From: Candidatus Nomurabacteria bacterium
Lineage (GTDB): Bacteria; Patescibacteriota; Minisyncoccia; Phycocordibacterales; UBA9973
NCBI GenBank assembly: GCA_029288805.1
Contig: JARIGO010000008.1
Location: 3,894-67,893 of the forward strand
Reading direction: 5' to 3'
Length of the DNA: 64,000 nt
Shown piece after piece: positions 8,733 through 17,203 of the stretch. A program made the position numbers and the translations under genes. The notes under the pieces are model-generated. The model was not told the DNA's origin. It was given only the letters and a program-made list of their open reading frames with translations, and made no database searches. Numbering within the stretch: position 1 is the stretch's first letter; every line of letters begins with the position of its first letter.

Positions 8733-9656
8733 ATGCCTGAACTACCGGAAGTACAAACTACCGTTGATGGTCTTAATAAGACCGTTAAGGGAAAAGTTAT
8801 CGTTGATGTCTGGACTGACTTGGCAGTAAAGGCTCCGTCACTACCCCATCATAAAACCAGCACAAAAAGCCAAGCGTTTTTTGCGAAATTTAAAAAGACC
8901 GTTGTTGGTGCAAAAATTCTCAAGGCAGAACGTCGTGCCAAGAATATTTTCATTCACCTGGATAATAAGCAGAGCATTTGGATTCATATGAAGATGACCG
9001 GACATATGATGTATGGCCGATACGCATTTGATGTCAAGACAAAACAATGGATTCCTGATAAAAATGAAAAGAATGATGCCTTGCGTGACCCTTTCAATAA
9101 ATTTCTTCACACGGTCTTTACTATCCAAGATGGAAAGAATAAAAAACAACTGGTACTTTCTGACATGCGAAAGTTTGCCAAGGTAACTATGCTCCCTACT
9201 GACAGTATTGATGAAACATTAAAGGTGGGGCCAGAGCCGTTAACAAAAGAGTTCACATTGGAACTGTGTACGAGCCAGCTCATGAAGCGACCGATGCGAG
9301 CTATCAAAGAAGTACTGCTCGATCAAAAAATTATTTCCGGTGTCGGTAACATTTATTCCGATGAAGCATTATGGCTGGCTGGCATTCATCCATTGCGATT
9401 AGTGCAGACTATTACCAAGCCAGAAATGAAAAAGCTGTACCAATCTATTATTACGGTATTGGAAAAAGGCATAGACTTTGGCGGTGACTCAACGTCTGAC
9501 TACAGAGACATCAATGGCGAGCGTGGAAAATTCCAAGCCCAGCACAATGCGTACCGCATGACGGGTAAACCGTGCAAGAAGAAGGACGGCGGCATCATTG
9601 AACGCATTCCATTTCATGGAAGAGGTGCGCATTTTTGTGGAGTGCATCAGAAGTAG
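8733..9656 (+). CDS. mutM: formamidopyrimidine-DNA glycosylase (Fpg/Nei family)
   Basis: N-terminal MPELPEV catalytic Pro and a C-terminal zinc-finger-like region. Confidence 0.85.
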   Translation: MPELPEVQTTVDGLNKTVKGKVIVDVWTDLAVKAPSLPHHKTSTKSQAFFAKFKKTVVGAKILKAERRAKNIFIHLDNKQSIWIHMKMTGHMMYGRYAFDVKTKQWIPDKNEKNDALRDPFNKFLHTVFTIQDGKNKKQLVLSDMRKFAKVTMLPTDSIDETLKVGPEPLTKEFTLELCTSQLMKRPMRAIKEVLLDQKIISGVGNIYSDEALWLAGIHPLRLVQTITKPEMKKLYQSIITVLEKGIDFGGDSTSDYRDINGERGKFQAQHNAYRMTGKPCKKKDGGIIERIPFHGRGAHFCGVHQK

Positions 9657-9729
9657 TGCCCCAAGCAGGATTCGAACCTGCGACCGTCTCCTTAAAAGGG
9701 AGCTGCTCTACCGACTGAGCTATTAGGGC
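9657..9729 (-). tRNA. tRNA-Lys (anticodon TTT)
   Basis: Reverse complement GCCCTAATAGCTCAGTCGGTAGAGCAGCTCCCTTTTAAGGAGACGGTCGCAGGTTCGAATCCTGCTTGGGGCA. Anticodon loop CTTTTAA. Confidence 0.85.
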
Positions 9730-9778
9730 ATATAGGTATTCTTGCAAATTGCGTCAAAAACTATACCATGCAGCATAC

Positions 9779-10264
9779 ATGAAATCAATCCAGATTCCAA
9801 ACACTATTCTTATTTTGCCCGACATCAGAAGCGCCCAAAACGTCGGTTCCCTTTTTCGTACAGGAGACGCCTGCGGAGTGGAAATGATTTACATTGTCGG
9901 CATTACTCCTGCACCACTCGATCAATTTGGTCGCGCCAATAAAGATATCGCCAAGACCGCGCTTGGTGCAGAACAATCTATCCCCTGGAAAAAAGTTGCC
10001 TCCCTTTCTGTTCTTATTGCTACACTAAAGAAGAACGGCATTCAGATCATTGCCATTGAACAGTCTGAACATTCTATTGATTACAAAAAAGTAAAGGTGC
10101 AAAAACCTGTAGCATTCATTCTTGGTAACGAAGTTGAAGGTCTGCCGAAAACCATATTACAAAAAGTAGATATCGTAGCTGAAATTCCCATGAATGGTAT
10201 GAAGGAGTCACTGAATGTTTCAGTTGCTGGTGGCATTGCACTCTTTCGAATGCTGGCAATATAA
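9779..10264 (+). CDS. SpoU/TrmH-family RNA 2'-O-methyltransferase
   Basis: ILILPDIRSAQNVGSLFRTGDACGV...FILGNEVEGLP...IPMNGMKESLNVSVAGGIAL is the SPOUT-fold motif set. Start set at MKSIQ (9779) to clear the tRNA-Lys. Confidence 0.8.
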   Translation: MKSIQIPNTILILPDIRSAQNVGSLFRTGDACGVEMIYIVGITPAPLDQFGRANKDIAKTALGAEQSIPWKKVASLSVLIATLKKNGIQIIAIEQSEHSIDYKKVKVQKPVAFILGNEVEGLPKTILQKVDIVAEIPMNGMKESLNVSVAGGIALFRMLAI

Positions 10265-10296
10265 AAACCCTCATATGAGGGTTTGTTGTAGTGATT

Positions 10297-10851
10297 TTAT
10301 GGACAATCACAAACCGGGGTTTCGCAACAGTCTTCCTGTTTTGGGCGATTATACCGTGGATGAGTATCATACCCGACATACGTTACATTTTTATCATACG
10401 AGTAATACTTACTGGTATGCCTGATGCGCCGATGGTGCACAACCAGGTGTTTACGTTTTTCGTTAACCGTATCCTTTTTACCGCTCCCGGCATTGCATCT
10501 TTGCAAACTATCAGTCAACCTCGAAATGGTTTCGAGATAAGCGGCCGTGTCTCTGATAAGAGAATTGATTACAGCCTCCTGCTTAGATGGATCTGCTACA
10601 GGGTTTGAAACATGATTAACAGTAGGGTGGTAGTGTTTGTCGCGGGAAACCACATGCGTTTGAAGTGGAATCGGCTTTAAAGCAGAATTCTTATTTTTGG
10701 TAGTATCTTTTTCTTGAAGATACCAACTGGGAGGAATGTGATTATAGGCAATAATCATGAGTACGATGACTGCTGCCGGTATTACAGTGCGCGCTACCCA
10801 CCAAAGGAATGAGCGGTCTGAATAAAAATCCTTTTTGAATACCTTTGTCAT
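10297..10851 (-). CDS. hypothetical membrane-anchored His/Cys-rich protein, probably co-transcribed with zupT
   Basis: One N-terminal TM helix, then His-rich stretches (KHYHPTVNH, HLVVHHRRIRH) and a C-terminal CCETPVCDCP. Sits immediately downstream of zupT. Confidence 0.5.
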   Translation of the reverse strand: MTKVFKKDFYSDRSFLWWVARTVIPAAVIVLMIIAYNHIPPSWYLQEKDTTKNKNSALKPIPLQTHVVSRDKHYHPTVNHVSNPVADPSKQEAVINSLIRDTAAYLETISRLTDSLQRCNAGSGKKDTVNEKRKHLVVHHRRIRHTSKYYSYDKNVTYVGYDTHPRYNRPKQEDCCETPVCDCP

Positions 10852-10937
10852 TTATTCTATTTTTAAAAAGTAAAACAATTTTGTTATCTATACACAAATT
10901 ATCATAAAAATTAAAAAAGTCAATAGTTTCCTCCTGA

Positions 10938-11636
10938 CTAGATTCCTGCCAATTTTACAGCTACAAATATCACCCCGGCACCGATAACGGTAGCGACGGT
11001 AGTCCACCACGTTGGATGCCCATGGTAACTTTCAGGCAATAAGTCACTAAGTCCAATGTATACAAAGAACCCTGCCAAGATGGCGAGAATAATGGCAATG
11101 ATAGATTCCGGAATAATGAATAGACGAGTTGTCAGTGCCCCTACAACTGGAGCGAGTGCGTCTGCTACAAGCCACCACCACGCGCTCCTTGTTCTACCCT
11201 CATTTCTAAAGACTAGATTTACGGTATTAATACCGTCAGAAAAGTCATGAGCAATAACTGCCGCTGCAACGATTGGTAGTACCATTGGGATTAGTGATGC
11301 CAAGCCAATGGCTATGCCGTCAAACAAACTGTGTATGACCAAACTTACCGCCCCAAGACTACCTTGATCCTGATGGGAATGAGTATGAAGAATACGATCA
11401 ATGATCAGGTAAGCAAAAATGCCTACTGCCACCCACGCGAACATGGTACTGATGGAATATAGCTTTGAGCCTACACCGATGCTTTCCGGCAGAAGATCAA
11501 AAAAGGCCGCACCGATCAAAGCTCCCGCACTGAAGCCGAGAATGAGATGAAGCTTGTCCTTAAAACGAATGGCAAAAAGCCCTCCCAAGAAGGTCGCTAT
11601 GCATGCACCGAAACTAATGAGTATTACTGTAATCAT
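10938..11636 (-). CDS. zupT: ZIP-family metal (zinc) transporter
   Basis: Polytopic membrane protein with HTHSHQDQG and HDFSDG motifs typical of ZupT. Start trimmed to MITVIL (ATG 11634-11636). Confidence 0.8.
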   Translation of the reverse strand: MITVILISFGACIATFLGGLFAIRFKDKLHLILGFSAGALIGAAFFDLLPESIGVGSKLYSISTMFAWVAVGIFAYLIIDRILHTHSHQDQGSLGAVSLVIHSLFDGIAIGLASLIPMVLPIVAAAVIAHDFSDGINTVNLVFRNEGRTRSAWWWLVADALAPVVGALTTRLFIIPESIIAIILAILAGFFVYIGLSDLLPESYHGHPTWWTTVATVIGAGVIFVAVKLAGI

Positions 11637-11639
11637 AAT

Positions 11640-11654
11640 TGCAAATGATTTGCA
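11640..11654. promoter_or_regulatory. Fur/Zur-box-like palindromic operator between divergent zupT and fur-family genes
   Basis: TGCAAAT-G-ATTTGCA is a perfect 7-1-7 inverted repeat with an AATGAT..ATCATT-like core, in the 36-bp divergent intergenic region. Confidence 0.6.
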
Positions 11655-11672
11655 TTTGTATATACTACAGTT

Positions 11673-12113
11673 ATGAAGAAACAATTGCAACCTATAGACG
11701 CAGAAGCAGTGCTTCAGGAATACGGATTCAAGAAAACCCCATTGAGAATACTGCTCTTGGAAGTGCTTTCACTTTCCCCTACTCCTCTGCCGGTAGCCAA
11801 GCTGGCGCGTAAGACAAAAAAGGTTGGCGCGGACACAGCAACGCTATACCGAGCCCTTCATGCATTTGTTGAAGCGGGGTTGGTTATAGAACTGATGGTA
11901 GACAAAACGAAGAGCTTGTACGAGCTTAGCCAGTCAAAGGGCCACATGCATCACATTGTCTGCGACACCTGCAGTACTGTTGAGTCCATTCCATTTTGCA
12001 TTAAAAGCATTGATAAGCAGGTTGTAGAATATTCGAAACAGTTCAAGAAGATTCACAGCCATCAGCTGGCATTTGTTGGGACTTGCAGAAAATGCCTTCG
12101 CGCGGTACGGTAA
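11673..12113 (+). CDS. Fur-family transcriptional regulator (probably Zur)
   Basis: N-terminal winged-helix region LRILLLEVL...ATLYRALHAFVEAG, metal-site residues HMHHIVCDTC...C..C. Divergent from zupT. Confidence 0.75.
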   Translation: MKKQLQPIDAEAVLQEYGFKKTPLRILLLEVLSLSPTPLPVAKLARKTKKVGADTATLYRALHAFVEAGLVIELMVDKTKSLYELSQSKGHMHHIVCDTCSTVESIPFCIKSIDKQVVEYSKQFKKIHSHQLAFVGTCRKCLRAVR

Positions 12114-12120
12114 TATACAT

Positions 12121-12504
12121 ATGAAGAAAAAAAATACATGGATTTGGATTATTGTTACGATTGTCATTATCGGAGGGCTGGTTGGATTTTTAGTACTGGA
12201 AGCAAAGAAACCTGGTAAGTACGATTCATTCGCAGAATGTATTACCAACAGCGGTGCTAAGTTTTATGGTGCATGGTGGTGTCCTCACTGCGCTGCCCAG
12301 AAGGCACTCTTTGGTAAGTCTGTAGAAAAGCTTCCATATGTGGAATGTCAGACTCCTGACCAAAAGCAAAATGCAACATGTGACGCCATCGGCATTACCG
12401 GATATCCAACATGGATTTTCAAAGACGGCTCACGCCTCACCGGAGAACAAACCTTTGCCACTCTCGGAGCAAAGACCAATTGTCCAGTTCCTGCTAACAG
12501 CTAA
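12121..12504 (+). CDS. membrane-anchored thioredoxin-fold thiol:disulfide oxidoreductase (DsbA/BdbD-like)
   Basis: N-terminal TM helix then the WCPHC active site. Start set at MKKKNTWIW (12121). Confidence 0.7.
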   Translation: MKKKNTWIWIIVTIVIIGGLVGFLVLEAKKPGKYDSFAECITNSGAKFYGAWWCPHCAAQKALFGKSVEKLPYVECQTPDQKQNATCDAIGITGYPTWIFKDGSRLTGEQTFATLGAKTNCPVPANS

Positions 12505-12516
12505 TTACCTAACCAT

Positions 12517-13050
12517 ATGTTTGTTACCGTATTTAATACTCTTCTTGCCATCGGCAGTCTCGCTCTCTTATTCGGATTGATCCTCATGATTGTGTCATGG
12601 ATCACTGGTAATCCTATTGCGGCGTGGGTTGCTCGCAACAGCCACATCATCCTTCGCATTATTTTTGGCGGCGCAGTTATTGGTAGCCTGATCTATTCAA
12701 ACTACCTCGGATATGAGCCGTGTTTGCTTTGCTGGTACCAGCGTCTCGCTATCTTCCCAATCGCCATCTTGTTATTTACTGACGATATCCGCAAAAGCTC
12801 ATTGCTGCAGCTGCAAATCCTTATCCTGAGCGCAGGAGGCTTCATTGTTTCTCTTATTCACAACGTTGAGACCATCTTTCCAAATAGCGGTATCAATGTT
12901 TGCGGTACAAGCGGCGTAAGCTGCCTGAACCTCTATGTGAACCAGTTTGGCTTCGTCACTATCCCCCTCATGTCAGGTATTATCCTGCTTTCAGGCATCT
13001 TAATCTCAGTGCTCGCAATGCGTTATCCACAAGGCTCAATTGCGAAATAG
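12517..13050 (+). CDS. disulfide bond formation protein B (DsbB/BdbC family)
   Basis: YEPCLLCWYQRLAIFPIAI closely resembles the Gram-positive BdbC CxxC loop. Four TM segments. Adjacent to the thioredoxin partner. Confidence 0.7.
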   Translation: MFVTVFNTLLAIGSLALLFGLILMIVSWITGNPIAAWVARNSHIILRIIFGGAVIGSLIYSNYLGYEPCLLCWYQRLAIFPIAILLFTDDIRKSSLLQLQILILSAGGFIVSLIHNVETIFPNSGINVCGTSGVSCLNLYVNQFGFVTIPLMSGIILLSGILISVLAMRYPQGSIAK

Positions 13051-13255
13051 GTTGTTTGTTACTACACTGTATAGTAATTGTACCTTCTGATAAGCTAACT
13101 TTTTTCATCAGGGAGTTACGCAGCTCAACACTACTTAAAGGCAAGACCTTTAATGCACATTAATGAATGCTCATTACACAAACAAAACCCAACAATCTCA
13201 TAAAAAATAAATCTATATAAAAAGGCCCGACTCTCCAAGTCAGGGTCTTATTTTT

Positions 13256-13885
13256 TTAATATAACAACAATACTTTTTCTATAGCCAAAGCCAATGGTGT
13301 TCCCTCCCTCCAAGCAGAAGCATGCGCCTCAAGCATTTTTGTATACAACGTATGATACTGCCCATTAATATCTTTTTCTTTTAATGCCATATCGCGCACC
13401 TTCCAATAGAACATGCCGAGAATAGCTTCGATAGGATATTGTTCGATAGCTTTGTTGTATGCCAGCCAACGATCTTTTTTATTTTGTACTGTAATGAGTG
13501 AGGTTACGCCAAATAGATTTCCCTTATCTGCCGCCGGCTTCTTTTGAACATCATCAAGATGAACTTCTACCCCCTGTTTTTTTAATGACGTAATAAAAGG
13601 TTTGGAAAGTGACAGTTCTTCGAAAATAAATATAGTCGGACTAGCCATTAGCTTTCTCATCAGCACAGGCGAAAGATCTTTTTCCTTGTTATCAAGTATG
13701 AAGCGAGTGTGCACAATCGGAGCGTTCAATGTGAACAGAGATGGATAGAGATACTGCTCAAGATCAGCCACAGTACTCAATGTGTCATCAAGCATGATGA
13801 CTTCACTGTCTCCATATGTTCGAATCATTTCGGCAATGCGAGCAGCGCGAAACGGTTTGGTGTCAGCAACAACAATAGTAAGCAT
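13256..13885 (-). CDS. hypothetical protein (possibly DNA polymerase III delta subunit-like)
   Basis: No firm motif. Clamp-loader context (next to polA, coupled to the upstream gene) and size suggest a HolA-like role. Weak. Confidence 0.3.
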   Translation of the reverse strand: MLTIVVADTKPFRAARIAEMIRTYGDSEVIMLDDTLSTVADLEQYLYPSLFTLNAPIVHTRFILDNKEKDLSPVLMRKLMASPTIFIFEELSLSKPFITSLKKQGVEVHLDDVQKKPAADKGNLFGVTSLITVQNKKDRWLAYNKAIEQYPIEAILGMFYWKVRDMALKEKDINGQYHTLYTKMLEAHASAWREGTPLALAIEKVLLLY

Positions 13886-14337
13886 TATAAAATCTTCGGT
13901 ACTTCTTCCTTATAATCCGTGTACTCAACTCCGTATTCGCGGTGAAGTAATGACTCGTATATTTTGAAAAATGAATTTGAGACAATGTATCCTATCAAGG
14001 TCACTGCAAGAAATACGATGGAGCCACTGACAGCCGTATAACCAGCAACAAGCAGCATGATACCGATGTGTGTTGGGTTACGCATGTATCTGTATGGGCC
14101 TCGCTCAAAATACGGCTTTTCATTTTTCTTGGCAGAAGTACCCTGTGCCCACCAAATAAGCAGTGAACCGAGAATGAAACAGACGATAGCAATAGTGTCG
14201 CCGTAGCGCAAAGGAACATTAAATCCAAAAAATGTGTCAGCAAAAAGTCCAAGCAGGCTAAAGACAAAATATGCCAAATATGAATGCGCCAACACCATAT
14301 GAATGGTAGGTCGCTGTTTCTTTGCTGTTGGTTCCAT
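13885..14337 (-). CDS. isoprenylcysteine carboxyl methyltransferase (ICMT/PEMT) family membrane methyltransferase
   Basis: YRYMRNPTHIG is the RNPxYxG motif. Multi-TM protein. Confidence 0.65.
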   Translation of the reverse strand: MEPTAKKQRPTIHMVLAHSYLAYFVFSLLGLFADTFFGFNVPLRYGDTIAIVCFILGSLLIWWAQGTSAKKNEKPYFERGPYRYMRNPTHIGIMLLVAGYTAVSGSIVFLAVTLIGYIVSNSFFKIYESLLHREYGVEYTDYKEEVPKIL

Positions 14338-14354
14338 AGTCTTATTATAGGGTC

Positions 14355-16709
14355 TTACTTCAGATCATCAAGTCGCTTCCCTGTTCCAACGGAAACAGCA
14401 AGTGGTACAAGGGTTTCAGTGGTTTTTATCGGTGAGCGTTCAAAGACACTATTCATGGCTTCAACGATAATTTTCTCAGCTTCAGCTTTCACTGTCTCAT
14501 CAACTTCATACACCAGTTCGTCATGGATCTGAAGCACTAAGTGAACTTTTTCAATAAGACCTGCAGTCTTTAGGTCTTCATCAATAAGCTTAATGGCAAT
14601 CTTTACGATATCGGCATTAGTGCCCTGAATCGGCGCATTGGTTGCCATGCGTTCAGCAATGGCACGTAGAAATGGCGCACTAGCATTAATACCTGGGAAG
14701 TATCGTCGTCGACCGAACATGGTTTCTGTATAGCCGTTTTTCTTGGCATACTCCTTTGTTGATTCAAGGTATTCACGAATTTTTGGAAAGGCATCGAAGT
14801 ACGCATTATAAAATGACTGTGCTTCGGCGCGGGTAGTATTAAGATTTTTTTGCAACGCCGTAATGCCCATGCCGTACAAAATACCAAAGTTAATAACCTT
14901 TGCCTTGCGGCGCATGTCATTGGTCACCTCTTCAAACGGTACGTTGAACATGTTTGCGGCAACGGACATGTGAATGTCTTGTCCGGTACGAAACGTTTCA
15001 ATGAGCTGCTCATCGCCTGAGAGCATTGCCAAGACTCGAAGCTCGATCTGTGAGTAGTCACTACCGATATAAATATTTCCTGGACCGGCAACAAAGCCGT
15101 GGCGAATTTCTTTTCCAGAGTTTCCTTTGATAGGAATGTTTTGCAGGTTTGGGTTAGCTGAAGAAAATCGTCCGGTAGTAGTGCCATGCTGTAGGAATGT
15201 AGCGTGGACACGACCATCCTCCTTCACGTGCCCGAGCAATGCTTCAACGTACGTTGTAAGAAGTTTTTGTATTTCTCGATATTCCAAAATAAGTGGAATG
15301 ATAGGATGCGCATCGCGAAGCTCTTCAAGCTGTTCAGCATTTGTAGTGTACGCGCCACTGGCCTTCTGCTTCCCTTTTGGAGACAGTCCAAGGGTCGTAA
15401 ACAACAGTTCTGAAAGCTGCTTTGGTGAATTCAAATTGATAGTGATGCCAGTACTTTTTGCAATTTCTTTTTCTATAGTTTCAAGCTGCTCTTTCATGCG
15501 AACCTGCAGACTTCTGAAATAGTCCTGGTCGATCATAATACCGTAGCGTTCCATTTCTTCTACAATAGGAATAAGTGGCTCCTCTATTTCATCAAAAATA
15601 TGACTGAGTGAGCGTCGCTTCAATTCTTCCGTAATGGTTTCAAATGCTTCTGCCAGCGTTTTCTTGTGCGTACGCTCTAGGATATGCTCATACGTTGGAT
15701 TGGTTTGTTCAGAAGACAACACCCATAGGCCAATAGAAGCCTTGCGTAATAGCTCTGGATCAACATCTTCTTGTGGCGCACTGGTTTCAAAATGAAATAC
15801 TCGCTTGGCTCTAGCTTTCAAACTTGAGAATTCATACTTGGCAATAAGGTCAAGTATGGCTTGCTCATCAATGCTTTCGGCAAATGTTTTTTCTGGCAAT
15901 TCGTATTCAATAGGCGCATCAAGACGAATGGTTGCCAACGTCTTTGAAAAGAAAGCATCGTCTTTGTGTTCTGTGAGGATACTTACAATGCGATCAGTCA
16001 GGCCAGCCTTCTTTCCTTCTGCAGGATTCTTTTCCAATGCCTTGTAGAGTTTTTCGATTGAACCAAATGTCTGAATGATTGTTGTTGCAGTTTTTTCACC
16101 GATCCCTGGAACACCGATAATATTGTCCGACGGATCGCCCCGCAAACCCTTGTAGTCGATAAGCTGAAGCGGCTCAAAGCCATAGCGCTCCTTCACCGCT
16201 GCTTCATCGTACAGAACTGTATCCGTAATACCTTTTTTAAGAGTGAAGACTTGCACCTTCTTGCCATCAACAAGCTGCAGCGTATCCATATCGCCTGAGG
16301 CAATAATAATAGAAAGGTCCTTGTGAACCTTAAGCTTTGCCACCAATGTTCCCAAGACATCATCAGCCTCAAATCCTTCCGCATCCAAGACAGGGATGCC
16401 CAGCGCCTGAAATACTTCTCGTGAACTCTTGAGCTGTGTCACCAGATCATCTTCAGCCTTCACTCTTCCCGCCTTGTAGTTCTCATATGCATGATGGCGG
16501 AATGTTGGCTTTGGCAAGTCATACGCCGCAACGATGTAGTCCGGTTTCAATTCTTCAATAATGCGAATGATCATTGAAAGCAGTCCGTACAGCGCGCCCG
16601 TCGGAACACCTTCGCTGTTCGCAAAGCTTGGCAACGCATGATACGCGCGATGAATGATAGCGTGCGAGTCCAAGAGTACTATTGTTTTTTGGTCTGATTT
16701 TTTAGCCAT
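14355..16709 (-). CDS. polA: DNA polymerase I
   Basis: 5'-3' exonuclease N-terminus (LLDSHAIIHRAYHAL), polymerase motifs DYSQIELRVLA and QIHDELVYEV. Start set at MAKKSDQ to avoid overlap with tsaE. Confidence 0.85.
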   Translation of the reverse strand: MAKKSDQKTIVLLDSHAIIHRAYHALPSFANSEGVPTGALYGLLSMIIRIIEELKPDYIVAAYDLPKPTFRHHAYENYKAGRVKAEDDLVTQLKSSREVFQALGIPVLDAEGFEADDVLGTLVAKLKVHKDLSIIIASGDMDTLQLVDGKKVQVFTLKKGITDTVLYDEAAVKERYGFEPLQLIDYKGLRGDPSDNIIGVPGIGEKTATTIIQTFGSIEKLYKALEKNPAEGKKAGLTDRIVSILTEHKDDAFFSKTLATIRLDAPIEYELPEKTFAESIDEQAILDLIAKYEFSSLKARAKRVFHFETSAPQEDVDPELLRKASIGLWVLSSEQTNPTYEHILERTHKKTLAEAFETITEELKRRSLSHIFDEIEEPLIPIVEEMERYGIMIDQDYFRSLQVRMKEQLETIEKEIAKSTGITINLNSPKQLSELLFTTLGLSPKGKQKASGAYTTNAEQLEELRDAHPIIPLILEYREIQKLLTTYVEALLGHVKEDGRVHATFLQHGTTTGRFSSANPNLQNIPIKGNSGKEIRHGFVAGPGNIYIGSDYSQIELRVLAMLSGDEQLIETFRTGQDIHMSVAANMFNVPFEEVTNDMRRKAKVINFGILYGMGITALQKNLNTTRAEAQSFYNAYFDAFPKIREYLESTKEYAKKNGYTETMFGRRRYFPGINASAPFLRAIAERMATNAPIQGTNADIVKIAIKLIDEDLKTAGLIEKVHLVLQIHDELVYEVDETVKAEAEKIIVEAMNSVFERSPIKTTETLVPLAVSVGTGKRLDDLK

Positions 16710-17136
16710 GATTTTTCTTAATAGTTCTTCTATCCCCTTCATGAGTGATGACAAACTCCTTCGTATCATGAGGCAAGGCCTCGCGAATGCGTTCTGGCCA
16801 TTCCACTATGACTAGTGTATTAGACTGCTGCAGTATGTCATTCCATCCCAACGGACCAAGCTCGTCGATTGATTCAATACGGTATGCATCAATATGAACA
16901 ACATTTTTAAAAATCTGGTGCGTTGTTTCGTAGAATTTTGCGATGACAAATGTCGGACTGACAATGGTCTCTGTGATACCGAGCTCTTGGGCGAGGGATT
17001 TGGTGAGGGTTGTCTTGCCGGCGCCCAAATCGCCCTGCAGGGCCAATACAGTGGCCCCTGTTGGTGAAAGACCGAGAATTGATAGGATTTCCTTGGCAAC
17101 CTGGTCTGTTTCGCTTTCGGCATAGGTTCGTTCCAT
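16702..17136 (-). CDS. tsaE: tRNA threonylcarbamoyladenosine biosynthesis ATPase TsaE
   Basis: LQGDLGAGKTTLTKSLAQELG P-loop and YjeE-family size. Confidence 0.8.
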   Translation of the reverse strand: MERTYAESETDQVAKEILSILGLSPTGATVLALQGDLGAGKTTLTKSLAQELGITETIVSPTFVIAKFYETTHQIFKNVVHIDAYRIESIDELGPLGWNDILQQSNTLVIVEWPERIREALPHDTKEFVITHEGDRRTIKKNHG

Positions 17137-17152
17137 ATAGGGATTCTAACAT

Positions 17153-17185
17153 AAAAGCCGGGACGTCAGACGTCCCGGCTTTTAT
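17153..17185. terminator. rho-independent terminator
   Basis: aaaagccgggacgtc-aga-cgtcccggctttt, a perfect GC-rich hairpin downstream of the minus-strand surface-protein gene. Confidence 0.6.
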
Positions 17186-17203
17186 TTCGTTATTTTATCC
17201 TAA

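Noticed and set aside
14603-16384. Multiple 60-130 aa ORFs inside and antisense to polA and tsaE (e.g. 14603..14920, 15127..15522, 16812..17123)
   Set aside because: Fully embedded in strongly supported genes on the opposite strand or in alternative frames. No motifs.
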